From Fibrobacter succinogenes subsp. succinogenes S85 (GTDB lineage: Bacteria > Fibrobacterota > Fibrobacteria > Fibrobacterales > Fibrobacteraceae), in contig NC_017448.1 in the NCBI RefSeq assembly GCF_000146505.1, forward strand, positions 150,001-182,000: a stretch of DNA of 32,000 nucleotides, written 5' to 3'. The notes beneath the pieces are model-generated. The model saw only the letters and a list, made by a program, of their open reading frames with translations. It had not been told where the DNA came from and ran no database searches. Both the position numbers and the translations under genes were made by a program. This document shows, piece by piece, positions 6,862 to 14,900 of the stretch; position 1 is the stretch's first letter; each line of letters begins with the position of its first letter.

Positions 6862-9807
6862 GTATGCCCAACCGTCACCACCGAAGATCCACACGGACTT
6901 CTTCACGAGGTAGTCGGCGAATTCGTCGCGGAGGCTGACGGATGCATCGTCGGTTGCACCGGCGAGGGCTGCCTTAAGGGCGGCAACGTTTTCACGCTGA
7001 GCCTTGATGCCGGCTTCGTCGTCCTGCTTCTGGGTCGTGAGCTTTTCCTTGAGTTCTGCAGGAACGTTCACGGCTTCAAGGAGGCTCAAAGCCTGCTTGG
7101 CATGCTTCGTGATAGCGAGGCGCATACCGAGACCGAATTCTGCGTTGTCTTCGAACAGGCTGTTTGCCCAAGCCGGGCCGCGGCCTTCCTTGTTCTTGGC
7201 CCACGGAGTGGTCGGGAGGTTACCGCCGTAAATGGAGGAGCAACCCGTAGCGTTAGCGACAACCATGCGGTCACCGAAGAGCTGAGAAACGAGACGCACG
7301 TAAGCGGTTTCGCCGCAGCCTGCGCAAGAGCCGGAGAATTCGAACAACGGTTCGAGGAGCATGGCCTGCTTGACGAGATTCTTGTTGACCTTGGTACGGT
7401 CGAATTCCGGGAGGTCGACGAAGAAGTCCCAGCACTTGCCTTGCTGAACCTTGATGGGTTCCTGCGGCACCATGTTGATGGCCTTCTTGGTAGCGTCGGT
7501 CTTGTCCTTACCGATACAGGCCTGCGTACAAACGCCGCAACCCGTACAGTCGTAGCTGGACACGGAAATTGCAAATACCGGCTTTTCGGAGCCTTCGAGC
7601 TTGAAGCCCTTGGCCGGAGTGAACTTGAAGCCTTCCGGAGCGTTCTTCACGGCGGATTCGTCCACAACCTTCATACGGATGGCTGCATGCGGGCAGACCA
7701 TGGCGCACTTGCCGCACTGCACGCAAGCGTCCGGATTCCAGGACGGGATGTTGAGGGCGAGGTCGCGCTTTTCGTACTTGGTGGTACCGGTCGGGAACAC
7801 ACCGTCGCAAGGCATCTTGGAGACGGGGAGGAGTTCGCCGTTGCCCTTGATGATTTCTGCGGTGACTTCGTTCACGAACTTCGGAGCGTTGCCGTGGATC
7901 GGAGCGCGGAATTCCTTTGTGCTGGTGACAGCAGCCGGAACCTTGACTTCGAAGAGGTTAGCAAGAGAAGCATCGATAGCGTCCCAGTTCTTCTGGACGA
8001 CTTCCATACCCTTCTTGGCGTAGGTCTTTTCGGCGTACTTCTTGATATACTTGATAGCGGTTTCTGCATCGAGAACGTTACCGAGCTTAGAGAAGAAGCA
8101 GGTCTGCATCACAGTGTTGATGCGACGGCCCATGCCGGTCTTAGCAGCAACAGCATAAGCGTCGATGACGAACACCTTGAGGTGCTTCTTGATAATGGCT
8201 TCCTGAACCGGACGCGGGAAGGTATCCCAAACAGTGTCAGCGGAGTGCGGGGTGTTCACGAGGAACGTTGCACCGACCTTGGCATACTTGAGCATGTCGA
8301 TGGATTCGAGATGCGGAGTATGGTGGCAAGCAACAAAGTCAGCTTCGTTTTCGCCAATCAGGTACGGGGCGTCGATGATGCTCTTACCAAAGCGGAGGTG
8401 AGAGGTGGTCATGGAGCCAGACTTCTTGGAGTCGTAAACGAAGTAGCCCTGAGCGTAGTTGTCGGTTTCGTTACCGATAATCTTAATGGAGTTCTTGTTT
8501 GCACCCACGGTACCGTCGGAACCGAGACCGAAGAACATAGCCTGGAAGAAGTCGCTTTCGAGCTTGAAGTTCGGGTCAATGGTGAGGCTCGTGTGGCAAA
8601 CGTCGTCGTTGATACCGACTGTGAAGCGTGCCTTCGGTTCTGCCTTGGAGAGTTCGTCGAAGATGGCCTTGACCATAGCCGGCGTGAATTCCTTGGAGGA
8701 AAGACCGTAGCGGCCGCCGATCATCTTCGGCATAGCCATCTTGCCAGCCATCACTGCTTCGGAAATAGCGGTAAGGGCATCCTGGAAGAGCGGTTCGCCT
8801 GCGGAACCCGGTTCCTTGCAGCGGTCGAGGACAGCAATCTTCTTGACAGTCTTCGGGAGGGCTGCAACCACGGCTTCCATCGGGAACGGACGGTAGAGGC
8901 GGATGTTGACGAGACCGACCTTTTCGCCCTTCCCGTTGAGGTACTTGACGGTGTCACCGATGGTGCAGGTCGAAGAACCCATGGAAATGATCACGCGTTC
9001 GGCGTCGGGTGCACCGACGTAGTCCACGATGTGGTACTGACGGCCAGTGTAGCTAGCAACCTTGTCCATGTACTTCTGGACAATTTCCGGAACCTTTGCA
9101 TAGAACGGGTTCACGGTTTCACGACCCTGGAAGTAAACGTCCGGGTTCTGGGCGGTACCGCGCATAGTCGGGCGGTCCGGTGTGAGGCAGCGTTCGCGGC
9201 ATGCCTTCACATACTTTTCGTCGATGACGTTACGGATAACGCCGTCTTCGAGAGCTTCAATCTTCATCACTTCGTGAGAGGTACGGAAACCGTCGAAGAA
9301 GTGCATAAACGGAACGCGGCTTTCGAGCGTAGAAGCGTGGGCCACGAGAGCGAGGTCCTGGCATTCCTGTACGCAGCTGGAGGCGAGCATTGCAAAACCC
9401 GTCTGGCGGCAAGCCATAACGTCGGAGTGGTCACCGAAAATGGAAAGGCCCTGCATAGCAAGAGCACGTGCAGTGACGTGGAAGACCGTGGGGGTCAGTT
9501 CGCCCGCAATCTTGTACATGTTCGGGATCATCAAGAGAAGACCCTGAGATGCGGTGAAGGTCGTGGTCAAAGCACCGGCCTGCAAAGCACCGTGAACGGT
9601 ACCGGCAGCGCCACCTTCGGACTGCATTTCAAACACGCGGGGAACCTGTCCCCAAATATTCTTCTTGCCTGCAGCACTCCAGTTGTCGGCGTGCTCAGCC
9701 ATAGGACTAGACGGTGTAATCGGGTAAATTGCAGCGACTTCGCTAACCGCAAATGCAACGTTAGCGGTGGCTTCGTTACCGTCACACGCAATCATCTTTT
9801 TTGCCAT
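6238..9807 (-). CDS. nifJ: Pyruvate:ferredoxin (flavodoxin) oxidoreductase
   Basis: 1189 aa. Two 4Fe-4S ferredoxin motifs (CVQCGKCAMVCP, CTGCGVCTQAC) and a TPP-binding region GGDGWAYDIGYGGLDH. Length and architecture are typical of single-chain PFOR. GGAG lies upstream of the ATG. Confidence 0.97.
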   Translation of the reverse strand: MAKKMIACDGNEATANVAFAVSEVAAIYPITPSSPMAEHADNWSAAGKKNIWGQVPRVFEMQSEGGAAGTVHGALQAGALTTTFTASQGLLLMIPNMYKIAGELTPTVFHVTARALAMQGLSIFGDHSDVMACRQTGFAMLASSCVQECQDLALVAHASTLESRVPFMHFFDGFRTSHEVMKIEALEDGVIRNVIDEKYVKACRERCLTPDRPTMRGTAQNPDVYFQGRETVNPFYAKVPEIVQKYMDKVASYTGRQYHIVDYVGAPDAERVIISMGSSTCTIGDTVKYLNGKGEKVGLVNIRLYRPFPMEAVVAALPKTVKKIAVLDRCKEPGSAGEPLFQDALTAISEAVMAGKMAMPKMIGGRYGLSSKEFTPAMVKAIFDELSKAEPKARFTVGINDDVCHTSLTIDPNFKLESDFFQAMFFGLGSDGTVGANKNSIKIIGNETDNYAQGYFVYDSKKSGSMTTSHLRFGKSIIDAPYLIGENEADFVACHHTPHLESIDMLKYAKVGATFLVNTPHSADTVWDTFPRPVQEAIIKKHLKVFVIDAYAVAAKTGMGRRINTVMQTCFFSKLGNVLDAETAIKYIKKYAEKTYAKKGMEVVQKNWDAIDASLANLFEVKVPAAVTSTKEFRAPIHGNAPKFVNEVTAEIIKGNGELLPVSKMPCDGVFPTGTTKYEKRDLALNIPSWNPDACVQCGKCAMVCPHAAIRMKVVDESAVKNAPEGFKFTPAKGFKLEGSEKPVFAISVSSYDCTGCGVCTQACIGKDKTDATKKAINMVPQEPIKVQQGKCWDFFVDLPEFDRTKVNKNLVKQAMLLEPLFEFSGSCAGCGETAYVRLVSQLFGDRMVVANATGCSSIYGGNLPTTPWAKNKEGRGPAWANSLFEDNAEFGLGMRLAITKHAKQALSLLEAVNVPAELKEKLTTQKQDDEAGIKAQRENVAALKAALAGATDDASVSLRDEFADYLVKKSVWIFGGDGWAYDIGYGGLDHVMATGENVNICVLDTEVYSNTGGQASKATNRGAVALFAAAGKRAGKKDLGLIAMSYKNVYVGRIALGANDAQALKVLQEAEAHNGPSLIICYCPCINHGFDLNSQLQHQKMAVDSGYWTLLRYNPALAAEGKAPLVLDSKKPTIPVAEYIYTENRYKQLTRNNPEVARKLADDLQKEVDARYAFYDAMSKDTEGLISL

Positions 9808-9948
9808 GGATATCTCCGTTTTTAGGTTTTTTCGTAAAAAATCTGATCATATACACCTTCGGCGTGCATTACACGCAAGAAGGGCAAAAATCCACGCATA
9901 AAATTAAATAAGATTACCCAAAACGGACAACCAATTTTTGAAAAAAGT

Positions 9949-10632
9949 TTAAAAATTAAGCAGCTTTTGGTTAATCTCGATTTCAAGTCCCGCGTAGCTT
10001 GGGCCGAATTTTTGGCGAAGCGTGGTCGTAAGGCCATCGGACTTGCCCAAATACGGGTAATTCTTGCGGATTTTAAGCCACGGGGCGCGTTCGTGGATGT
10101 TCTGGATGAGCGTTTGCGCAATTTTTACTTCGGCAGGTCGGCTCGGGTCATAGAGAATCCCGACATCGGCATCGCGCTCGATACCATTTAATATAGGCGT
10201 AAAGCTATGAATACCGAGGTGGATGACCTTGAGCGGCGCTTCCTTAGGTGCATTTTTCTCATTTTTGCGCGCTCTCGCAGGAATTTCACTCGCGACAAAG
10301 TTTTCAATTTTCTCACGGTATTTTTCCCAAAGACTCATCATGTGCGATTTTACAGAGCTTGGTAATCCGACGGTGTACTCCGAAAAGAACGTCTTGTTGG
10401 TCGCACTGCGGTTCATGTCGACCACGAGTCTCGAGAACCGACTAGAGCAATGGAAGTCGGGCTTTAATCGTTTTACAAGATTTGAAAATACTTTATATGC
10501 ACCAATGTCGTAAGCGCGGTGGGAGGCGAGAACGTCATCGGGAATCTTGGAATCGCGGAGAGCGCGCAGGACGAAATCCGGCACAGCGTTGCTCGCATGT
10601 TCGCAGGTAATCATCAGTGCCGGAGCTTTCAT
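9949..10632 (-). CDS. N-formylglutamate amidohydrolase (FGase, PF05013-like) family protein
   Basis: 227 aa. The N-terminal LMITCEHASNAVP resembles the CEHA(S/G)N.(I/V)P signature of the FGase family, and IHLGIHSFTP lies further in. Its start overlaps the upstream stop by 1 nt (TAATG at 10630-10634). Confidence 0.6.
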   Translation of the reverse strand: MKAPALMITCEHASNAVPDFVLRALRDSKIPDDVLASHRAYDIGAYKVFSNLVKRLKPDFHCSSRFSRLVVDMNRSATNKTFFSEYTVGLPSSVKSHMMSLWEKYREKIENFVASEIPARARKNEKNAPKEAPLKVIHLGIHSFTPILNGIERDADVGILYDPSRPAEVKIAQTLIQNIHERAPWLKIRKNYPYLGKSDGLTTTLRQKFGPSYAGLEIEINQKLLNF

Positions 10633-11327
10633 TACTTTTTCTCCACAACCAGGATGTTTCCATCGTACGTCATGACACCCAGCAAAATGCTGTGAATCAG
10701 ACGGAACTTGTCAACTTTATAATAAGGACCGTTTGCCATCGGGTTTGTACAATCCGGGTCTGCAACCATGAACTGCTTCTTTTCATCGAGTCCGTAAAGC
10801 ACTACGAAATGCCCCATCGGCTCGCCGTGGATATCGTCAAAGACGGACTGGTCTTTTTCGTTTGTGTATTCGCGGGGAGAACGGTAAAGGTATGTGGCAC
10901 TGAGGCCGCAAAGCACCGGAATGCCTCGCTTGAAATAGCTTTCGAACATGCTTGCGCGGAGGTCTGCCGTAGCGACGGTTCCGCCAAGGTCAATGAATCG
11001 GATATAGGCGTCAATTGCCTTTTTGAGCTTGGGGGCGTGCTTTGCTTTGTGCAAAGCGACCAGCTTTTCGCGGAGCTCGGGCATCTTGAGTTTGCTCCAC
11101 GTCGGGTCAAAAATCTTGAGATTGTAAGAATAAATAGTAGCCTTGAAACCACGCTTGAGCGCGTCAATGCCAAGGAAAACGCCTAGCGTGCCACCTTCTT
11201 CCAAAAATTCAATTTCGGAAATGAGCTTTTTAAGGGGAATGTTATAGCCAAGATAAGAGTAAACAGCGTGTAGGCTAGTCGGTCCGCACGTAACATCGTC
11301 TGGCTGAGGGAGTATTTTCAAATCCAT
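10632..11327 (-). CDS. Papain-fold C39-like cysteine peptidase domain protein (DUF3335-like)
   Basis: The track ORF starts at TTG 11393. ATG 11327 has GAGG 6 nt upstream and gives MDLKILPQPDDVTCGPTSLHAVYSYLGY. Candidate catalytic residues are Q/C (TCGPTSL), H (GHFVVLYG) and D (VADPD). ~231 aa. Confidence 0.55.
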   Translation of the reverse strand: MDLKILPQPDDVTCGPTSLHAVYSYLGYNIPLKKLISEIEFLEEGGTLGVFLGIDALKRGFKATIYSYNLKIFDPTWSKLKMPELREKLVALHKAKHAPKLKKAIDAYIRFIDLGGTVATADLRASMFESYFKRGIPVLCGLSATYLYRSPREYTNEKDQSVFDDIHGEPMGHFVVLYGLDEKKQFMVADPDCTNPMANGPYYKVDKFRLIHSILLGVMTYDGNILVVEKK

Positions 11328-11650
11328 CGAGTGCCTCGTTATTAACCGTGGCGGTTTGATCATCAAATCGTCAATTCGCACGCAAATATACAAAAATTTT
11401 GTAGGGCTTACCGCCCAAAGCCCTTTTGAAAAAAGTTAAAAAAGAATATTATGCGGGCGGGGCCCCAGCTCGGAGTTGACGCCGACGGCGTCAGCGGCTT
11501 CACTCGGTCATGTTCGCCAGCAAGCTGTCGCCCGCGACTCTCGTTTTGCACGCTACTGCGAAGGAATAGCCTTGGCTGACGCTATTTCTTGTTACGAGAT
11601 TTTTTGATTAGTGTATTAGTTTAATGTAATTAGTTATCTTTTTTATTAGT

Positions 11651-12247
11651 ATGAGAGATTTTTTAGGGGCTTTCGTTTCAGTCTTTTTTGCAATCGCGTT
11701 TTGGGCGTGTTCGGATTCTTCGGTGGGCGCTGCGGACGAGGATTCTCGCGCAGGCATTTTCGTTGACGCTCGCGATTCGCAAAGCTACAAGACCATTGAA
11801 ATAGGTGGCCAAGTCTGGATGGCTCAAAACTTGAATTATTTTGATGCTTCGGACTCGCTTTACAAAAGAACGTCTTGCTATAACGACAGCGCAGAGTATT
11901 GCGAAAAGCAGGGGAGACTTTACGCCTGGAATGTAGCGATGGTCGCTTGCCCGGAAGGTTGGAAAATCCCATCAAAATCTGATTTTGATAGCTTGATTGA
12001 AGCTGTAGGCGGTTTTGATTTTGCCGCCGATTCCTTGATGGCGCTGGAATTTATTTCGGAAATCGGTGGCGGTTACCATTTCTTGGAGTACTATAATTAT
12101 TTTGACGAATACGCCTACTTTTGGACAACCGATGAGGTCCGTGCAAATTACGCCCGCACTGTAATGCTCGAAAAAGACTGCTCTAGCGTATCGTACGATG
12201 AAACTTACGAAGAATTTGCCCTCTCCGTCAGATGTGTGAGGAAATAA
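11651..12247 (+). CDS. Fibrobacter succinogenes major paralogous domain (FISUMP) lipoprotein
   Basis: Signal peptide with lipobox (AIAFWAC|SD). GGQVWMAQNLNY, CYNDSAEYCEKQGRLYAWNVA, CPEGWKIPSKSDFDSL and YFWTTDE are the hallmarks of this paralogous family. Confidence 0.85.
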   Translation: MRDFLGAFVSVFFAIAFWACSDSSVGAADEDSRAGIFVDARDSQSYKTIEIGGQVWMAQNLNYFDASDSLYKRTSCYNDSAEYCEKQGRLYAWNVAMVACPEGWKIPSKSDFDSLIEAVGGFDFAADSLMALEFISEIGGGYHFLEYYNYFDEYAYFWTTDEVRANYARTVMLEKDCSSVSYDETYEEFALSVRCVRK

Positions 12248-12249
12248 AA

Positions 12250-12846
12250 ATGCGATTTTGGCTATTTACTTGTCCTGATGATTTTGCTGCAGAACATGAC
12301 GATATCGAAGAAATGTTTCGCCGTGGTTTAACCCGTTTGATTCTCGATAAGCGTGGGCGAGGAGGGAATGCTCGTGCGACTTTCAACGATTACGACCGTT
12401 GGCTGCTAGGTCTCCCGATGGAATTGCGCGACCGCATCTGGGTGCGTGGAACGCCTGACATGGCTGAAGAGCTTGATGTTCGCGGTTGCGTCTGCGATGC
12501 AAAAAGTTTCATGGGCGAGGTCCCTGAAAGCTGGAAACGCATCAACTGTGTCGCCCTTTGCAAAAACGCGGAAGAAGCCGAAAAGCTCCCGGAATGGGTG
12601 GCAGGCGCTCTCGTTGGCCCGATTATGCAACCGCTTTCGGCGATTGAACCTGTTGAAACGCTTGGAACTTCTTTAAGCATAAATGCAAAAGCCTCCCTCA
12701 TTTTATGGGGAGGCGTCGATACGGATACGATTGACGATTTCAAGAAGTTGTCGTCCGCTGGCGTCGCTTCGCTCGGTGGCGTCTGGAATTACGCCGACCC
12801 CGTGAATGCTTTTATAAAGCTTAATAGATTGGTCAATAGCATTTAG
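12250..12846 (+). CDS. Thiamine-phosphate synthase (ThiE/TenI)-like superfamily protein, tentative
   Basis: ATG 12250 lies 3 nt after the FISUMP stop, with GAGGA upstream. The layout MRFWLFTCPDD...GLTRLILDKRG...VRGCVCD...GALVGPIMQPLS...ILWGGVDTDTI...GVASLGGVW resembles ThiE/TenI TIM-barrel motifs. This is pattern recall only. Confidence 0.4.
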   Translation: MRFWLFTCPDDFAAEHDDIEEMFRRGLTRLILDKRGRGGNARATFNDYDRWLLGLPMELRDRIWVRGTPDMAEELDVRGCVCDAKSFMGEVPESWKRINCVALCKNAEEAEKLPEWVAGALVGPIMQPLSAIEPVETLGTSLSINAKASLILWGGVDTDTIDDFKKLSSAGVASLGGVWNYADPVNAFIKLNRLVNSI

Positions 12847-12858
12847 TCAATGGTCTTT

Positions 12859-12921
12859 GGTTTCTGTTAGGCGACTCTGCCGTGATTCTTTAACTAATGA
12901 CTAATAACCAGTGACTAACGA
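12859..12921 (+). repeat. GGTTTCTGWTAGG + ACTAA-word intergenic repeat, copy 1
   Basis: GGTTTCTGTTAGG followed by AACTAATGACTAATAACCAGTGACTAACGA. Compare 31748-31794 (GGTTTCTGATAGG ... CCACTAATCACCAACCACGAATCAC). Confidence 0.5.
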
Positions 12922-14736
12922 CTATTTTACTACGAACATTCCGTTGCGCGGCTTGCCAGAAAGTCTGTTGCCGAGCAAATCGAAATAAATGGGGTTGCGG
13001 TTCAAACGTAAATCCTTGCGGCTTTCGCGCGTTCCGCGATTACCAATGCTTACCGGAGGCTGTTCTTCATACGGGTGATCCGGATCATCTACGACAATCT
13101 TGATTTTAGCAACGCTCTTGCAGCCTGTTTCGTTTGTGTACGTCACTGTGTAATAGCCGCTCTTGGTGCCGTCCAGATTCTTAAGCGTGTTTTCGCGAGT
13201 GGTAGATTTGAATCCGTCTGGACCTTCCCAGCTCCAAATTTTGCCATCCCACGGGTGCGGGCCAAGTTGCACTGTTGCGCCCTTGGCGACATTCAAATCG
13301 GTTGTTTCTTTCCAACCGTCATCGCCAACTTTTACGTACGGGATAATCTTTGTCGGGCTGCATGGCCCCACGACTTTCTTGCCATCGCAGACGCCAATCG
13401 AATCCGGAATTTCAATCACCTTTGGCTCGAAATCTGGCGTGGGGAAAACTTTCATGAGTGCTGCTGTTTCTTGTGCGGTAATCGGGAGGATTGTGCCATG
13501 ACGTGGCGTGAATGCGCCGCTTGTCTTGGTGTTCTGCACGAATTTGAATGTATTGAGGTCCGAGCTAGACGTGAACTGGTAATGCCCATTCACGTAGCAG
13601 TCGTACATCAAGACCCAGGAATTTTGGTTGATGAGCTTGAACACTCCTGCACCTTCGACCGCTTCGGTTGTTTGCTGCAAAGCGCCGCTTCTGTTGTACC
13701 ACGTTGGCCCCTTAGTCCCATTTTCGGAGGTGAGAGTCCTTGCCTGCACCTTGCAGATGCCGCCATCGCCTTCGTTCTTGTAAAATGCGTGATAAAGCTT
13801 GTCTATAGGATTATAGACAATATCCATATCAATGGTCGATTTGCCGCGGTCAAAGAAATGAATCGGGTCGCCTTCGAGGTCGGTAAAGTCTTCGTTGGCG
13901 TAGTTGAAAAACACCTTGTCGTAAGGAATCGTCCCGTCATTTGTCAACAGCGAGTAATAAACGAGTGGCCTGCCTTTGCTCCCGTCCTTGTTCACATAAT
14001 TTGCGTCCCAGATGGTTTCGGGAGCCCACACGCGGGTGACGTTTGCAAAGTTTTTTCCTTTGTACTTGTCCGGGAAATGCACTGTACTGTGCTTCCAGTT
14101 GATGAGGTCGCGGGACTTCATCAGCACCATGCCACGGTTACTAGCCCATCCTTCGGCGCTCTTCATGTCGGTATTGACCATGTAGAACCAGCCATCAGGC
14201 GCACGTAGCACATGCGGATCACGGAGGCCTTTTTTGATACTCACGGAGTCGGCGGCCACGACGCGCTTGCCGTTATTCATCGGGGTGAAGTTGTATCCGT
14301 CGTTACTGAGGGCGTAATAGATGTTTTCGTTGTCGTTGGCTGGAAAATATGCAAAGAGGTAGTTGGAGTATGGTTCAAATCCGTGGATGGAAACCTTGTT
14401 CTTTACAACTTGTTTTTTATCGCTCAAATAGTCTTGCACGGTCGCCGTGAGCGTGACTTCTTTGTTTTCGCCGACAAAACGACCATTAATGTGTCCATCA
14501 TGGGTGAGGAACAGCGTATCGCTGCTTTCCCAGGTGATTGCAAAGGATTCCCCGCCCAACTTTATCGTGTCGGGGAGGGTAAGATCATTATAAAGGTCGT
14601 TGATTATGTTGCCAAGGGCCACGCTATCGACTGCCCGATAGAACGGAGTGATATCGACAATTTCATCGGCTTGAACTGTGCTAGCCAGAAATGCGCTAGT
14701 AAAGAGTACTTTGGTCCATCCCAAACGATTTTTCAT
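12922..14736 (-). CDS. Glycoside hydrolase family 43 protein (arabinofuranosidase/xylosidase-type) with C-terminal Ig/CBM-like module and basic sorting tail
   Basis: 604 aa with a signal peptide. The N-terminal Ig-like module (FAITWESSD...VTLTATV) is common ahead of GH43. GH43 motifs: GLRDPHVLRAPDGWFYMV, TRVWAPETIWD, IDMDIVY. C-terminus is ...NPIYFDLLGNRLSGKPRNGMFVVK. Confidence 0.85.
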   Translation of the reverse strand: MKNRLGWTKVLFTSAFLASTVQADEIVDITPFYRAVDSVALGNIINDLYNDLTLPDTIKLGGESFAITWESSDTLFLTHDGHINGRFVGENKEVTLTATVQDYLSDKKQVVKNKVSIHGFEPYSNYLFAYFPANDNENIYYALSNDGYNFTPMNNGKRVVAADSVSIKKGLRDPHVLRAPDGWFYMVNTDMKSAEGWASNRGMVLMKSRDLINWKHSTVHFPDKYKGKNFANVTRVWAPETIWDANYVNKDGSKGRPLVYYSLLTNDGTIPYDKVFFNYANEDFTDLEGDPIHFFDRGKSTIDMDIVYNPIDKLYHAFYKNEGDGGICKVQARTLTSENGTKGPTWYNRSGALQQTTEAVEGAGVFKLINQNSWVLMYDCYVNGHYQFTSSSDLNTFKFVQNTKTSGAFTPRHGTILPITAQETAALMKVFPTPDFEPKVIEIPDSIGVCDGKKVVGPCSPTKIIPYVKVGDDGWKETTDLNVAKGATVQLGPHPWDGKIWSWEGPDGFKSTTRENTLKNLDGTKSGYYTVTYTNETGCKSVAKIKIVVDDPDHPYEEQPPVSIGNRGTRESRKDLRLNRNPIYFDLLGNRLSGKPRNGMFVVK

Positions 14737-14900
14737 AAAAACTCCAAATTTATACTCCTAATATACTTTCTGCTATGACGAAAATCACTAAATCATGGTG
14801 TGGAACCTTTGAGAAATAATCCATAGAGAAAAATAAGACTATTTTATGTTCTATGGTGTAATAAAATGAGTTGTAATATTTAGATTATTTAACGTATATT

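Noticed and set aside
6511-9825. 1104-aa plus-strand ORF, the second longest in the window
   Set aside because: It is exactly antisense to nifJ. Its translation is low-complexity (V/G/E/D/L/A-rich) with no recognisable motif. A codon-biased, GC3-rich gene such as nifJ commonly leaves a stop-free antisense frame. nifJ itself has unmistakable PFOR motifs.
11394-11650. TPP riboswitch or other known leader upstream of the FISUMP / ThiE-like gene pair
   Set aside because: There is no CTGAGA / ACCTGATCTGGATAATGCCAGCG-type TPP aptamer core. The ThiE-like assignment is itself tentative.
13075-14208. 377-aa plus-strand ORF
   Set aside because: Antisense to the GH43 gene, which has clear family motifs, a signal peptide and an RBS. 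No motifs in the shadow frame.
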